A DNA stretch of 64,000 bases from Epiperipatus broadwayi. Taxonomy: Eukaryota; Animalia; Onychophora. Location: contig JAQFVV010000006.1 in assembly GCA_028023455.1 (NCBI GenBank), forward strand, positions 13,206,001 through 13,270,000, read 5' to 3'. The position numbers were made by a program, and so were the translations under genes. Numbering within the stretch: position 1 is the first letter of the stretch; every line of letters begins with the position of its first letter. Below, one piece after another: positions 62,872 to 64,000 of the stretch. Below the pieces are notes generated by a model. It was not told where the DNA came from. It ran no database searches and was given only the letters and a program-made list of their open reading frames with translations.

Positions 62872-63064
62872 CACGATCTGTGAACTTTGTGCTTCAGAAT
62901 CCCCATTCTCCGACTGTAGTCAACAATGCATGTTGTATTTATTATCAAGAAAAAAATAAGTTTTAAGAGCCCCTTCCCGCGCTGTACAGCAACAACAAAA
63001 ACAAGTACTTCCTGATTAGCTATTTAGCTACCAGAGATAAAACCCTAAATCTCTTGAAAAAGTT

Positions 63065-63130
63065 TCAACCAGCCCAGATTTGAATCCTAGGATTTAAGAC
63101 ATAGATGCATTGTCGCTATATCATGGAGCC
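63065..63130 (-). mobile_element. Decayed tRNA-like SINE head
   Basis: GGCTCCATGATATAGCGAC...AGGATTCAAATCTGGGCT with A/B-box-like motifs. Confidence 0.4.
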
Positions 63131-64000
63131 TCCCCCCCATTTATGGGTCTTGTATTTGGATTTTTTTAGTATACAACTATCTTATGAGTATTGAATATTG
63201 GACTAATATCTCAATCTCCAATTTGGAGGACGAAGGTTTTATATCAAAGTTGCTTTCTATATAAATTGTTTTTCAGTCAAGTAAGCCTCTATTTTAAAAA
63301 AAATGTTATATAATGTGACTTTCAACACTGGGAGGTGTCTTATGGATCCTGAATTTATCAACAGCTTTTCCATTACTTTTAAAATTGCAAAGAATCATCA
63401 AGCGGTGACCACAATACTTTTTCTACCTAATAGAAATGTCATTATTATATAAAACAATACTTCGGGTAATGTAATACAATTATGATGGAAAAAAAATCAT
63501 ACATTCCTTCCAGTGCACCAAAAAAAGATTTAACCTAAAATTGTGAATAATAGCAAACCCTACATAATATATTCATAATATATGTGTTTAACATATATAT
63601 GTATATTCCAAAAAACTTGAGCTGAATCAAGACACTATGAAAAGGTATAACGTAAAGATATATTTTAACTTAATAGCACCGAGTTAGATTTCAGCAAATT
63701 TCATTCTTAAAATCTACTATTTAAGATATCATCAAAAACAATTAACAAAAAAATTAATAATGTAATTATGAAAAAGACACTATAGTATATAAACTAATCT
63801 GTCACATGACTGGACTGCATGCTGATTGGACACACAGTATTGAAGATTCTGAAATGTTTGCATAAGAGATTATCATTATTGTACTCATGCATGGAGGGAC
63901 ATGCATGAAATTTATGAATTCAAATTTATGTTTTAATTAAATATATTCATTTCAAATTATGGGTTATTAAAGTAATAGATGATGAGTTTGTGGATACAAG

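Overview
AT-rich, repeat-saturated animal (probably invertebrate) genomic DNA with no host protein-coding gene I can support; it reads as intronic or intergenic. It is a layered transposon graveyard: a mariner remnant, two hAT elements with intact TIRs and 8-bp TSDs, RTE-, Vingi-like and other LINE fragments, tRNA-derived SINEs and several Penelope-like element (PLE) GIY-YIG remnants. The main signal is about 30 type-I hammerhead ribozyme (HHR)-like motifs counted by eye, most of them decayed. They fall into (i) non-coding 350-480 bp tandem, retrozyme-like families (my labels A1/A2, B, C) with canonical CUGANGA/GAAA cores and palindromic stem III, and (ii) a non-canonical variant with core AUGA-N-UA-U (A3:U8 swap plus one extra U) at PLE 3' ends at four independent loci with covarying stem II. 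Many of these insertions share a tandem-plus-terminal-inversion architecture, and two have 13-bp TSDs ending in AATT, consistent with PLE-type mobilisation. All alignments and folds were done by eye; repeat boundaries are approximate unless a TSD/TIR is quoted.
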